Shown one piece after another: positions 1-9,699 of a stretch of DNA of 64,000 nt; position 1 is the stretch's first letter, and each line of letters begins with the position of its first letter. The DNA comes from Alphaproteobacteria bacterium (GTDB lineage Bacteria > Pseudomonadota > Alphaproteobacteria > GCA-2731375), in the NCBI GenBank assembly GCA_046582635.1, contig JAYGEA010000056.1, forward strand, positions 957-64,956. The letters are read 5' to 3'. Below the pieces are notes generated by a model that was given only the letters and a program-made list of their open reading frames with translations, made no database searches and was not told where the DNA came from. A program made the translations under genes and the position numbers.

Positions 1-567
1 GTGCCCGTGGCCAATACGGTGGGGGAGATCCACAAGGGCTGGACCATCGGCAAGTATTTGCTGGCCCATGAACGCATGTCGGGGGGCTCTCTCGGCCAGC
101 ACAAGACGGTATTGCGGCAGTTAAAGGAGATCGCCGCCCGGGACGAGAAAAGCGGCGGCCGGCCTCTGGCCGCGCAACCGGATTTCGCCCGCCGTATCGC
201 GGCAATTGAGATGGAGCTGCGCAGCCTGGAAGCCTTCAACATGCGGGCAATCGACAAGTTCTCCCAACATGGCGAACTGGGCGGCAAGGCCCTGGGCGCG
301 GAGGCGAATATCTTCAAAATCCGCAATTCGGAGATCCTGCAACGGCTGCACGAGTTGAAGGTCGAGGCCATTGGCTACTACGCCATGCCGTATCAACTGG
401 CCGCCCTGAAACATGGCTGGAACGAAGCTAATTTAGGCGGGGCGATCGGTGCGGAATACGCCAACGCCTGCACGCCAAGCTATCTGCATTTCCGCAAGGT
501 GACGATCTATTCCGGTTCCAACGAAATCCAACACAACATACTGGCCAAGGCGCAATTGGGCATGTAG
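1..567 (+). CDS. Acyl-CoA dehydrogenase, C-terminal fragment (5' end outside window)
   Basis: ORF runs from the window edge. The translation matches the C-terminal helical domain of acyl-CoA dehydrogenases. Confidence 0.55.
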   Translation: MPVANTVGEIHKGWTIGKYLLAHERMSGGSLGQHKTVLRQLKEIAARDEKSGGRPLAAQPDFARRIAAIEMELRSLEAFNMRAIDKFSQHGELGGKALGAEANIFKIRNSEILQRLHELKVEAIGYYAMPYQLAALKHGWNEANLGGAIGAEYANACTPSYLHFRKVTIYSGSNEIQHNILAKAQLGM

Positions 568-577
568 ACACGGCCCC

Positions 578-1567
578 ATGAAAGCCATGATCATACGCCA
601 AGCCGGCGCGCCCGAGGTATTCGAGCCCGCCGAGCTGCCCATGCCTGAAATCGGCCCGAAACAGGTGCTGGTCAAGGTTGCCGCCACCTCCGTCAACCCG
701 GCGGATTGGAAGATCCGCAAGCTGGGCCTGCCCTTTGGCCCCGACTATCCCGGCGTCCTGCACGGCGATGTGGCCGGCGTGGTCGAAGCCGTTGGCGCGG
801 AGATCACCACTTTCGCCGTCGGCGATGACGTTTACGGCTGTGCCGGCGGGCTTAAAGATACCGATGGGGCGCTGGCGGAATTCATGGCCTGCGATGGGGA
901 ATTCCTCGCGCCGAAGCCCGGCAATCTAACAATGGCCGAGGCCGCCGCCCTGCCCCTGGTCTGCCTGACGGCCTGGGAAGGCCTGGTGGACGGCGCCAAT
1001 GTGGGCTGGGGCCAGACGGTTTTGGTGCATGCGGGCGCGGGCGGCGTGGGCCATGTGGCGATCCAGATCGCCGTTGCCCGGGGCGCCAAGGTTTTTGCCA
1101 CTGTTTCGGGTCCGGAAAAAGCCAGGATCGTCAACGATTATGGCGCCGTCCCCATCAATTACCGGGAAATGGACGTGGATGATTATGTGGCGGCGCACAC
1201 GGACGGGGTCGGCTTTGACATCGTCTATGACACCGTGGGCGGCGACAATATCCCGAAGTCCTGGCAGGCCGCGAAACCGCGCGGCACGGTGATCAGCTGT
1301 CAGAGCAATTCGACCCAGGATATGACACCCGTGCACCTCAAGGGTCTGCACCACATTGGCGTGCTGATGCTGCTGCCCCTTATGCTGGGCACGGGCGGGG
1401 CGCGGCATGGCCAGATCATGGCAGAGATCACCGCCCTGGTGGAAGCCGGGCAGCTTCGCCCCCTCATGGATGGCGATCCATTCCCCTTGGCGGAGGTGGC
1501 GGCCGCCCATGCCAGATTGGAATCAGGCCAGGCCCTGGGAAAAGTGGTGGTTCAGGTCAGCGCCTAG
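578..1567 (+). CDS. Zinc-binding alcohol dehydrogenase family / NADPH:quinone oxidoreductase (MDR superfamily)
   Basis: 329 aa. MDR-type N-terminus (MKAMIIRQAGAPEVFEPAELPMPEIGPKQVLVKV) and Rossmann motif VHAGAGGVGHVAIQIA. Confidence 0.75.
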   Translation: MKAMIIRQAGAPEVFEPAELPMPEIGPKQVLVKVAATSVNPADWKIRKLGLPFGPDYPGVLHGDVAGVVEAVGAEITTFAVGDDVYGCAGGLKDTDGALAEFMACDGEFLAPKPGNLTMAEAAALPLVCLTAWEGLVDGANVGWGQTVLVHAGAGGVGHVAIQIAVARGAKVFATVSGPEKARIVNDYGAVPINYREMDVDDYVAAHTDGVGFDIVYDTVGGDNIPKSWQAAKPRGTVISCQSNSTQDMTPVHLKGLHHIGVLMLLPLMLGTGGARHGQIMAEITALVEAGQLRPLMDGDPFPLAEVAAAHARLESGQALGKVVVQVSA

Positions 1568-2042
1568 CGGCTTTATTCACCGCATCGGGAAATTCACCGC
1601 GCCACAGACCCCGGCCGCGTTTCTTGGCCCCAGCCTCAACCGCGCGGTAGTGCGCCGGAGCGCCCTTGATGGGGCGGGCCCAACCGGTGTGGATCATCCC
1701 CTCGGACAGGTCATAACCATTGGCCTTGCAAGTCGCCAGATGGATGCCCTTGGCATTGGGATCGCCATGGAATTCGCAAATCACCTTGGCCCCCGCCGTC
1801 AGGTCCATCAGGGCGGTGGTGGCGATGCGGCCGCACTTGATGGTGACGCTGCGCAGGGGGCAGCGGTCGGAGGCCTTGGGCGCGGCAATTCCGTACAGGC
1901 GCACCAACTGCTGACCAACACGCATGTTGGTGGCATCGATCACCTTGACCCGGCCGGACAGGGTTTCCGCCTGGGCCGGGCCGACAATCAGATAGCCTAT
2001 GAGCAACGGCAGGATTAGTCTCATGCAACCATTATGGCCCAA
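1557..2042 (-). CDS. Secreted thermonuclease (staphylococcal-nuclease-like, SNase) family protein
   Basis: 161 aa with an N-terminal signal peptide (LILPLLIGYLIVGPAQA). SNase-like C-terminal motif RGLWRG. Overlaps the convergent upstream gene by 11 nt. Confidence 0.55.
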   Translation of the reverse strand: MGHNGCMRLILPLLIGYLIVGPAQAETLSGRVKVIDATNMRVGQQLVRLYGIAAPKASDRCPLRSVTIKCGRIATTALMDLTAGAKVICEFHGDPNAKGIHLATCKANGYDLSEGMIHTGWARPIKGAPAHYRAVEAGAKKRGRGLWRGEFPDAVNKAARR

Positions 2043-2094
2043 TCCCGGTTAACGGGAAGTCAAACCAGCGTGAGGAATTTTTCGGGAGCGAGCA

Positions 2095-3864
2095 ATGTCG
2101 TTGAACTACTTGGAGCCCAAGGTCGACGTGGAGCGCCGCGCCGACGGCAGCATTATTCTCTCCTCGCCCTACCCCATGGCCGGCCCCGTGGTCCAGTTGG
2201 GCCACTACATGCGTCATTGGGCCGGAAAGACCCCGGACCTACCCTTTCTGGCGCAACGGCTGGGCGATGGCTGGCAACACCTGACCTTCGCCGCCGCCCG
2301 CCGGCAAGCCGATGGCATATCCCAGGCGCTGCTGGATCGCGGCCTTGGTCCGGATCGGCCGTTGATGATCCTGTCGCCAAATTCCCTGCGCCATGGCGCC
2401 CTGACCTATGGCGCCATGCAGGTGGGCATTCCGGTGGCGCCGGTCTCGCCCGCGTATTGCCTGATGAGCCAGGATTTCGCCAAATTGCGCCATATTTTCG
2501 ATCTGGTGGCGCCGGCAATGATCTTCATCGAGGACCGGGCGCCCTTCGGTCCGGCGCTGGACAGTCTGGATCTGAATGGGGTCGAAGTGCTCGATGCCGC
2601 CGGCTTTGATGCACTGGCCGCGACAACGCCGGGCGGGGCGGTTGCGGCGGCCTATGACGAGGTCGGTCCGGGCAGCGTGGCGAAGTATCTCTTCACCTCC
2701 GGCTCCACCGGCTTGCCCAAGGGGGTCATCAACACCCAGGGCATGCTGTGCGCTAACATGGCGCAGTTACAACAGATCTGGCCGTTTCTGACCGAAAGCC
2801 CCCCGGTTCTGCTGGACTGGCTACCCTGGAACCATACCTTTGGCGGCAACATCGTGATCAACAACGCCCTCGCCAATGGCGGCACCCTGCACATAGACGG
2901 CGGCAAACCGGCGCCGGGCCTGATTGAAACCACCGTGGATAACATCCGGCATGCCTCGCCCAGCCTGTACTACAACGTCCCCGCCGGCTTCGCCGCCCTG
3001 CTGCCGTTCCTGGAAGACGACGCGGATCTGGCCGAGAGCTTTTTTTGCCGGCTGAATTTGATTTTCTATGCCGGCGCCGCCCTGCCCCAGGATCTGTGGC
3101 AGCGTCTGGAAGCCGTCTCCCTGGCCACCACCGGGCAAAAGGTCGCCATGGTCTCGGCCTGGGGTTCGACGGAAACCGCGCCCATGGCGACGGCGGTGCA
3201 TTGGCAAATCGACCGGGCCGGGGTGATCGGTCTGCCGGTGCCGGGCACGGAGGTCAAGATGGTGCCCAACGGCGGCAAGATGGAATTGCGGGTGCGCGGC
3301 CCCCATATCACGCCGGGCTATTTGAAACGCCCCGACCTCACCGCCGAGGCCTTTGATGGGGAGGGCTTCTACCGTATCGGCGATGCCGGCCGCTTCGCCG
3401 ACGAGGGGGCGCCGGTCAAGGGCCTGATGTTTGACGGCCGGGTGGCCGAGGATTTCAAGCTGACCACGGGGACCTGGGTCAATTGCGGCGGCCTGCGCCT
3501 CGCCGCGCTGACGGCGACCGCGCCGGTCTTGCAGGATGTGGTGGTGGCCGGCCATGACCGGGACTTCGTCAGCTTGCTGGCCTGGCCGAACCTGGCGGGC
3601 TGCCGCGCTTTTCTGGGCGATGATATGGAGGGGGGCGGCCTGCGTAGGCATATCAAGGACAGCCTGACAGCTCATAACCGGGCCAACCCCGGCTCCTCCA
3701 CCCGCATCGGCAGGCTGTTACTGTTATCGGCGCCGCCCTCGGTCGATGCCAACGAGATCACCGACAAGGGTTATATCAACCAACGCGCGGTACTGGAAAA
3801 CCGGGCCGGGGAGGTCGAGCGCCTGTATGCCGAGACCCCGGATGATGAGATTATTCAGCTTTAA
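2095..3864 (+). CDS. AMP-dependent synthetase/ligase (feruloyl-CoA / acyl-CoA synthetase-like)
   Basis: 589 aa. AMP-binding motif TSGSTGLPKGV and overall adenylate-forming enzyme architecture. Confidence 0.7.
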   Translation: MSLNYLEPKVDVERRADGSIILSSPYPMAGPVVQLGHYMRHWAGKTPDLPFLAQRLGDGWQHLTFAAARRQADGISQALLDRGLGPDRPLMILSPNSLRHGALTYGAMQVGIPVAPVSPAYCLMSQDFAKLRHIFDLVAPAMIFIEDRAPFGPALDSLDLNGVEVLDAAGFDALAATTPGGAVAAAYDEVGPGSVAKYLFTSGSTGLPKGVINTQGMLCANMAQLQQIWPFLTESPPVLLDWLPWNHTFGGNIVINNALANGGTLHIDGGKPAPGLIETTVDNIRHASPSLYYNVPAGFAALLPFLEDDADLAESFFCRLNLIFYAGAALPQDLWQRLEAVSLATTGQKVAMVSAWGSTETAPMATAVHWQIDRAGVIGLPVPGTEVKMVPNGGKMELRVRGPHITPGYLKRPDLTAEAFDGEGFYRIGDAGRFADEGAPVKGLMFDGRVAEDFKLTTGTWVNCGGLRLAALTATAPVLQDVVVAGHDRDFVSLLAWPNLAGCRAFLGDDMEGGGLRRHIKDSLTAHNRANPGSSTRIGRLLLLSAPPSVDANEITDKGYINQRAVLENRAGEVERLYAETPDDEIIQL

Positions 3865-3885
3865 AGCTTTTCAAGCTTGATCCAA

Positions 3886-3950
3886 GCCACCCGGCCACCC
3901 AATGCGTATCATCCCGTGGGTGGCCGGGTGGGGGAGCGGGTGGCTCGGTG
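3886..3950. repeat. REP-like palindromic element, copy 1 (putative bidirectional terminator)
   Basis: Sits between convergent gene ends. The stem GCCACCCGGCCACCC / GGGTGGCCGGGTGG encloses a 17-nt loop, followed by GGGAGCGGGTGGCTCGGTG. The 3' arm and tail closely match a second copy at 9112-9180. Confidence 0.6.
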
Positions 3951-3957
3951 ATTTCAA

Positions 3958-5250
3958 TCAAGCTTGAAATGCTTTAGGCACGGAGAAGCGGAAGACCGAG
4001 CCCTGGCCAAGGGTACTTTCAACCTGGATTTCGCTGCCGTGGGCGGCGGCGAATTCACTGCAGATCTGCAGCCCCAGGCCGGTGCCGGGTTCGCCATGGG
4101 TGCCGGATTTTGATTTCTCGGCGGTGAATTCGAACAAGCGCCGCACATGCGCGTCATCCATGCCAACACCATTATCGGCGACGGATCTTTCGACCCGGCC
4201 GTTATCAAGTTGCCGGCTTTGCACATCCACGACGCCGTCCTGATTGGTGAACTTGATCGCGTTCGATATGAGATTGCGCAGCACGGCTTCGACCATGTCC
4301 TGGTCAACGGTAACCATGTCGTCGGACAGGTCGGTATTGATGGTAATACCCTTTTCCGCAGCGACTTCACGTTGAAGTTCGGCCACGCGCCCGATCAACG
4401 GGCCCAACATGACGTCCGCGTCGGAAAACGTTCGGTCGCCCATCTGGCCGCGCGACCAGCGCAGCAGATTGTCCACCAATTGCAGCAAACGCCCGCCGCT
4501 GCGGTTGATTTCCCGGGCATATTCCCCCAGTTCCCGCCGGGTGGCGTGCTCGGCGTGATCGGCGATCAATTGCGCGAAGCCCAGCATGGTGTTGAATGGG
4601 CTGCGCAAATCATGGGCAATAATCGAGAACATTTTGTCCTTTGTCAGATTTGATTGCGCCAGTGCATCGCGCTGCGCCTCGATCTCGGCGGCGGCCCGGC
4701 GCTGTTCCGTGACATCATTGACCGTGACCACGCGGCCGCCGTCGGGCAGATCCCGAGCGCGAATTTCATAGAATTGATCACCCTTCAGGCGCAATTCGCT
4801 TCGCAGTTCCTGACCCTTCTGGATTTCTGACATCCGGGCTTTTATCAACTGCTCCGGATCAATCGGACCATAGTCGCCACGACGGGCGACATAAGCGAGC
4901 AATTCCTGCCAGTTCACGCCGACCTGCATCAGATTATCGGGCAGGTCCAGGATCGCCTGGAACGGATAATTCCAGGCAAATAGGCGATGGTCCGTATCAA
5001 ACGCGGCAACGCCTTGGGGCAGATTTTCCAAAATTTCACGCAGCAGATGCTCGGCGCTGCCATGATGCACCCCTTCTATCTTGGGCCGGGTTTGCGGCGA
5101 TCCATTGCGGGAGGTGGCGCGGGAGGTGGCGTTCGGCTCCGATGAACCGGAATCAATAGAGATGGAATCGACAAAGGCGCCCCTACCGTCGCCCGGGGAA
5201 ACCGGCAACGGGGTCAGCGTTCGCGATGTATTTTGGCCCCCTCTAGGCAT
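3958..5250 (-). CDS. PAS-domain sensor histidine kinase (soluble, orphan)
   Basis: H-box HDLRSPFNTMLGFAQLI and a C-terminal HATPase_c (DNGVGMD, GTGLGLQI). PAS-like region LENLPQGVAAFD. No transmembrane segments and no adjacent response regulator. The N-terminus is S/P-rich, so the true start is uncertain. Confidence 0.75.
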   Translation of the reverse strand: MPRGGQNTSRTLTPLPVSPGDGRGAFVDSISIDSGSSEPNATSRATSRNGSPQTRPKIEGVHHGSAEHLLREILENLPQGVAAFDTDHRLFAWNYPFQAILDLPDNLMQVGVNWQELLAYVARRGDYGPIDPEQLIKARMSEIQKGQELRSELRLKGDQFYEIRARDLPDGGRVVTVNDVTEQRRAAAEIEAQRDALAQSNLTKDKMFSIIAHDLRSPFNTMLGFAQLIADHAEHATRRELGEYAREINRSGGRLLQLVDNLLRWSRGQMGDRTFSDADVMLGPLIGRVAELQREVAAEKGITINTDLSDDMVTVDQDMVEAVLRNLISNAIKFTNQDGVVDVQSRQLDNGRVERSVADNGVGMDDAHVRRLFEFTAEKSKSGTHGEPGTGLGLQICSEFAAAHGSEIQVESTLGQGSVFRFSVPKAFQA

Positions 5251-5417
5251 AGCGGTGTTTATTACCCCTATACATATCGTCGGGACGGTGGTGTCGGGCC
5301 GTTCTCGTGAACCATTTTTGCTATCCCAAATTTCAGGGCAATATTCACCTTACGACTTAGAACAACCATTGTAGGGCGTTGAATCCTAAGAGAAAGTGAA
5401 GATCGGCTCGAATGGGC

Positions 5418-6185
5418 TTACCTTTGCCGTCCCCGGGCGACGAAATGGGGGTTTTCGAAGCCATCCTTGCCATAAAGAAGAGGGCTGCCGTCAAGGCGGC
5501 TGACGCTGCCCCCCGCGCAGGCCAGGACCGCATGACCGGCGGCTGTATCCCATTCCATGGTACGCCCCAAACGCGGATACAGATCCGCCACGCCTTCCGC
5601 CAAACGACAGAATTTCAGGCTGCTGCCCGCATCGACCCGCTGCTTGATGGGCAAATTCGCCAAGAAATCATCGGTTTCGGGCGAAGCGTGGGAACGGCTG
5701 ACCATGGCGACCATGCCGTCCTGTTCGGGCTGCCGGGCAGCAATCACCTCTGCCCCGCCAGCACCCCGCCGCCGCGTCACCCGGCCGGGCCCGGCGGCGG
5801 TATAGGTTTCCTCTTTTGCCGGGACATAGACACAGCCCAAGGCGGGTTCACCATTACGAACCAGGGCGATATTGACGGTGAAATCGCCATTGCGGGAGAT
5901 GAATTCCCGGGTGCCGTCCAGGGGGTCGACCAACCAGAACGGCCCCCCGCCCACTTCTGTCCGTTTGCCGGCGGCGACCTCTTCCTCCGCCACCACGGGA
6001 ATATCCGGGGTCAAGGCGCGCAGGGCGGCGACGATAATTGCTTCGGCCGCCTGGTCGGCTTCGGTGACGGGGCTGTCATCGGATTTCGTTTTGACTTCGA
6101 AATCACGGGCGTAGATCTCCATAATGGCGGCGCCGGCCTGGAGGGCAATGGCTTCTATGGCGCTGGCCAATTCCTGATCCGTCAT
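5418..6185 (-). CDS. cysQ: 3'(2'),5'-bisphosphate nucleotidase CysQ / inositol monophosphatase family
   Basis: 255 aa with IMPase-family motifs (PVTEADQAAE, WLVDPLDGTREF). Confidence 0.7.
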   Translation of the reverse strand: MTDQELASAIEAIALQAGAAIMEIYARDFEVKTKSDDSPVTEADQAAEAIIVAALRALTPDIPVVAEEEVAAGKRTEVGGGPFWLVDPLDGTREFISRNGDFTVNIALVRNGEPALGCVYVPAKEETYTAAGPGRVTRRRGAGGAEVIAARQPEQDGMVAMVSRSHASPETDDFLANLPIKQRVDAGSSLKFCRLAEGVADLYPRLGRTMEWDTAAGHAVLACAGGSVSRLDGSPLLYGKDGFENPHFVARGRQR

Positions 6186-6187
6186 GC

Positions 6188-6934
6188 TTATCGTCCACCC
6201 GTTGCTTCAATGGTCGTGCCGGTGATGTAGGAGGCGCCGTCGCTGATCAACCACAGGGCCGCCTGGGCGATTTCCTCCGCCCTGCCGGCCCGTTGCAGGG
6301 GTATGCTGGGGGCCAAATCGGCGGCCCGGTCCGGCATCCCCATGCGGGCGTGAATTTCAGTATCGATGACGCCGGGCTGGACGCCAGCGACGCGGATACC
6401 ATTCCCCGCCACTTCCAGGGCCAAACCCTTCGTGAAGGTCTCCAACCCGCCCTTGGAGGCGGCATAGTGCAGATATTGGTTGGCGCCGCCAAGGCGGGCG
6501 GCGGCGGAGGAGATATTGACGATCACCCCGCCCGCGCCCTGGCGTTTGTTCGACATGCGTTTGACCGCTTCGCGGGCGCATATGAACGGCCCAATCAGGT
6601 TGAGGCGGAAGACATCCGCCATGTCGGCGACGCTCATATCCTCCAGCCGCCCCACGTCACCGGTCATGCCCGCATTGTTGATCAGGGCGGTGACGGGGCC
6701 AAGGGCGCCGTCAACCGCCTCGAACAGCCCCACGATATCGGCTTCCTGCGCCATGTCACCGCCCAGGGCAATGGCTTCGCCGCCCCCCGCCTCAATCTCC
6801 GCGACGACAGCCTTGGCGCGATCTGGACTGCTGTGATAGTTGACACAAACCTTGAAACCCCGGGCCGCGCCCAAAACGGCGCAGGCCGCGCCAATGCCCC
6901 GGCTTGCCCCGGTGACAATAAGTACGCCTGACAT
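6188..6934 (-). CDS. SDR family NAD(P)-dependent oxidoreductase
   Basis: The ORF extends to 6997 but the likely start is the ATG at 6934 (MSGVLIVTGASRGIGAAC, a TGxxxGxG Rossmann motif). Its stop lies 2 nt before the cysQ start, so the two are co-operonic. Confidence 0.75.
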   Translation of the reverse strand: MSGVLIVTGASRGIGAACAVLGAARGFKVCVNYHSSPDRAKAVVAEIEAGGGEAIALGGDMAQEADIVGLFEAVDGALGPVTALINNAGMTGDVGRLEDMSVADMADVFRLNLIGPFICAREAVKRMSNKRQGAGGVIVNISSAAARLGGANQYLHYAASKGGLETFTKGLALEVAGNGIRVAGVQPGVIDTEIHARMGMPDRAADLAPSIPLQRAGRAEEIAQAALWLISDGASYITGTTIEATGGR

Positions 6935-7000
6935 GGCAATGAACTCCCAAGCTGAAAAATGCGGCGGGACAACACCACTTAACCCCGACAGGGTCAAGTC

Positions 7001-7462
7001 TTAGCTATCGGGCGCGGCCTCGATGCGCAGGGTGGCGCCGTTGACCTCCGTAACGCGGACCGATGCACCGGCCGGCAGATCGGGACCTTCCACGCGCCAG
7101 GTCGTATCGTCCACCTTCATGCGGCCCCGTCCGCCCACCAGCGCTTCGTCGAGGACGAAATTCCGGCCCACATATCGGGCACCACGGCGGTTCAGGTCGG
7201 GGTGGTCGGTTTCCAAGGGTTTGCGTTTGAGATAGCGGCGGGAGAGCACGATGGAGACCACGGACAGAATGGCAAACAGCGCGAATTGCATCTTCCATTC
7301 CAGTGCGGGGGCAAAAAAGACGATGCCGCCGACAACCCCGGCGGCGATACCCAGCCACATGAACACCGCGCCGGGCGCCAGAATTTCCAGGATCACCAAG
7401 GCCAGGCCGGTAATAAACCAATCCCAGTAGGCCAGGGTTTCCAAATATACCAGGACCGCCAA
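7001..7462 (-). CDS. NfeD family membrane protein
   Basis: 153 aa with N-terminal TM helices and a C-terminal OB-fold-like region. Sits immediately downstream of the SPFH gene, which is the canonical pairing. Confidence 0.7.
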   Translation of the reverse strand: MAVLVYLETLAYWDWFITGLALVILEILAPGAVFMWLGIAAGVVGGIVFFAPALEWKMQFALFAILSVVSIVLSRRYLKRKPLETDHPDLNRRGARYVGRNFVLDEALVGGRGRMKVDDTTWRVEGPDLPAGASVRVTEVNGATLRIEAAPDS

Positions 7463-7465
7463 AAC

Positions 7466-8434
7466 CTACCCTCCGCTGCGCGGCATCGGCGAGCCGCCGC
7501 TACCGCCGCCGTCCTTGAAGGCCTCGCGGGCGATTTCCGAAATACCGCTGATGGCGCCGATCACCGAACTGGCCTCAAGCGGCAGCATGAGGATTTTCTG
7601 ATTGCGGGAGGTGGCGATCTGGCCCAAGGCCTCAATATACTTCTGCGCCACGAAATAATTGATCGCCTGGACATTACCCTTTGAGATGGCTTCGGAAACC
7701 ATCGCGGTGGCTTCGGCCTCCGCCTTGGCCTCGCGCTCGCGGGCCTCGGCGTCGCGGAAGGCGGCCTCGCGCCGGCCCTCCGCCTCCAGAATGGCGGCCT
7801 GTTTTTCACCTTCGGCGCGCAGGATTTCGGCCGCCCGGGTGCCCTCGGCCTCCAGAATATTGGCCCTCTTCTCGCGCTCCGCCTTCATCTGCCGGGCCAT
7901 GGCGTCCACCAGATCCCTGGGCGGGGCGATATCCTTGATCTCGATCCGGGTCACCTTGATGCCCCAGGGCGAGGTGGCGCCATCGACCACGGTCAGCAGG
8001 CGGGCATTGATCTCGTCACGCTTGGACAGCAATTCATCCAAATCCATGCTGCCCATCACGGTGCGGATATTGGTCATGGTCAGGTTCAAGATGGCCCGCT
8101 GCAACTGGCTGACTTCATAGGCGGCGGAGGCGGCATCAAGGATCTGGAAAAATACCACGCCGTCCACGGCGACCATGGCATTATCCTTGGTGATCACCTC
8201 CTGGGTCGGCACATCGAGGACCTGCTCCATCATATTCATCTTGGCGCCGATCCGGTCGACCACGGGGATGATCAGATGCAGGCCGGGCGTCAGGGTCCGG
8301 GTATAGCGGCCGAACCGCTCGACAGTGTATTCCGAGCCCTGGGACACCGCCTTGACCCCGGCGATGACCAGGATCACCGCCAGCAGCACCAGGGCAAAAA
8401 CAAAGATGGTCGAACCGTCGATGGGGAAATTCAT
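7466..8434 (-). CDS. SPFH domain / band 7 (stomatin-like) protein
   Basis: 322 aa. An N-terminal TM segment, then an SPFH core ([27 protein letters not shown]) and a charged coiled-coil C-terminus. Confidence 0.8.
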   Translation of the reverse strand: MNFPIDGSTIFVFALVLLAVILVIAGVKAVSQGSEYTVERFGRYTRTLTPGLHLIIPVVDRIGAKMNMMEQVLDVPTQEVITKDNAMVAVDGVVFFQILDAASAAYEVSQLQRAILNLTMTNIRTVMGSMDLDELLSKRDEINARLLTVVDGATSPWGIKVTRIEIKDIAPPRDLVDAMARQMKAEREKRANILEAEGTRAAEILRAEGEKQAAILEAEGRREAAFRDAEAREREAKAEAEATAMVSEAISKGNVQAINYFVAQKYIEALGQIATSRNQKILMLPLEASSVIGAISGISEIAREAFKDGGGSGGSPMPRSGG

Positions 8435-8526
8435 GCTATGATCCTATCCATTCAGAAACCGGCGAGATGTCGGCCCAAGGGTCTTAGTCTATAGATTTAG
8501 GCAATCGGCTTCCATGACAACCGGAA

Positions 8527-9030
8527 ATGGCGGGGCGAAATCCGGATACGAGCAATACCAGTCGCATTCACTCTTTTCACCCGGAACGCTACGGCGATGT
8601 GAAATCCGCCGTGCGGGCCCTGTTACATGCGGTCGGGGGCGAGGCCAAGGCGGCGGCGTGCCGGGTTTCCAAATCCACCCTCTCGGAATACGGCAACCCC
8701 CGCTATGACGAGCGGCACATGCCCCTGGATGTGGTGCTGGCGTTGGAGCGGGCGGCGGGTGCCATGCCCGTGACCGAACATCTGGCGGCCGAGCATGACG
8801 CCTTGTTGCTGCACTTGGCGGCGGAGGAATCGGCGGGCGGCTGGCTGGATCATCTGACTAAGATCGGCAAGGAAGCCGGCGATGTATTTCACCGGGCCGG
8901 CGAATACCTGGCCGATGACGGCGAAATCGATGCCCAGGGGGCGCCGGTGCTGTTGAAGGAAGTGGACGAACTGTTGGCGGCGGTGGCTGCCATGAGGGCG
9001 GCGGTGCGCAAGCGCATTCCGGACGAATAG
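8527..9030 (+). CDS. Hypothetical protein (possible HTH-containing regulator)
   Basis: 167-aa ORF with coding-like composition. The segment AACRVSKSTLSEYGN looks HTH-like. No family recognised and the start is uncertain. Confidence 0.35.
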   Translation: MAGRNPDTSNTSRIHSFHPERYGDVKSAVRALLHAVGGEAKAAACRVSKSTLSEYGNPRYDERHMPLDVVLALERAAGAMPVTEHLAAEHDALLLHLAAEESAGGWLDHLTKIGKEAGDVFHRAGEYLADDGEIDAQGAPVLLKEVDELLAAVAAMRAAVRKRIPDE

Positions 9031-9111
9031 CAAAAAACGCAAAAAAACGCCCCGGCGATGGTCTCGCCGAGGCGCTCTCGCATTTCCAGTTTAGCTGGTT
9101 TCGCCAAGCCA

Positions 9112-9180
9112 GCCGCTCCCCCTCCCGACCACCCATAGATCATGATTCCGTGGGTGGCCGGGAGGGGGAGCGGGTGGTTC
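9112..9180. repeat. REP-like palindromic element, copy 2 (putative bidirectional terminator)
   Basis: GCCGCTCCCCCTCCCGACCACCC, a 17-nt loop, then GGGTGGCCGGGAGGGGGAGCGG: a near-perfect 22-bp stem between convergent gene ends. Arm and loop are homologous to copy 1. Confidence 0.6.
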
Positions 9181-9200
9181 AGTGGGCATTGATAAATGCT

Positions 9201-9686
9201 CTACAGGATATCCAGGATCGCCAGGGCGCCGGATTTTTCGACGCCGCCGGGGTTGTCCTCCACCTGCACGGCACTGACCGTGCCGTCATCGACGACAATG
9301 GCGAAACGGGTGCAACGCACGCCCATGCCCCGCTCCGTCAGATCCAGTTCCAGGCCCAGGGCCTTGGTATACACGGCACTGCCGTCGGCCAGCATGGTCA
9401 CCTTGTTGCCAACCTGCTGATCCTTGCCCCAGGCGCCCATGACAAAGGGATCGTTCACCGACATGCAGCCAACCGCGTCCACGCCCTTGGCCGCGAGCGC
9501 CGTGTGGTTTTCCACATAGCTGGGCACATGCTGGGCCGAGCACGTTGGCGTGAAAGCGCCCGGCAGGCCGAACAGCACGACCTTTTTACCGCTGAAAATT
9601 TCGTCCGTCGCCACGGGTTCGGGGCCCCCTTCGCCCATGGTCATTAATGTGCCCGAAGGCATCTTGTCGCCAACTGATATGGTCAT
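9201..9686 (-). CDS. Peroxiredoxin (Prx5-like, AhpC/TSA family)
   Basis: 161 aa. Peroxidatic Cys motif FTPTCS, Prx5 architecture, and a GGGAGA ribosome-binding site upstream. Confidence 0.85.
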   Translation of the reverse strand: MTISVGDKMPSGTLMTMGEGGPEPVATDEIFSGKKVVLFGLPGAFTPTCSAQHVPSYVENHTALAAKGVDAVGCMSVNDPFVMGAWGKDQQVGNKVTMLADGSAVYTKALGLELDLTERGMGVRCTRFAIVVDDGTVSAVQVEDNPGGVEKSGALAILDIL

Positions 9687-9699
9687 CGTTAGGTCTCCC

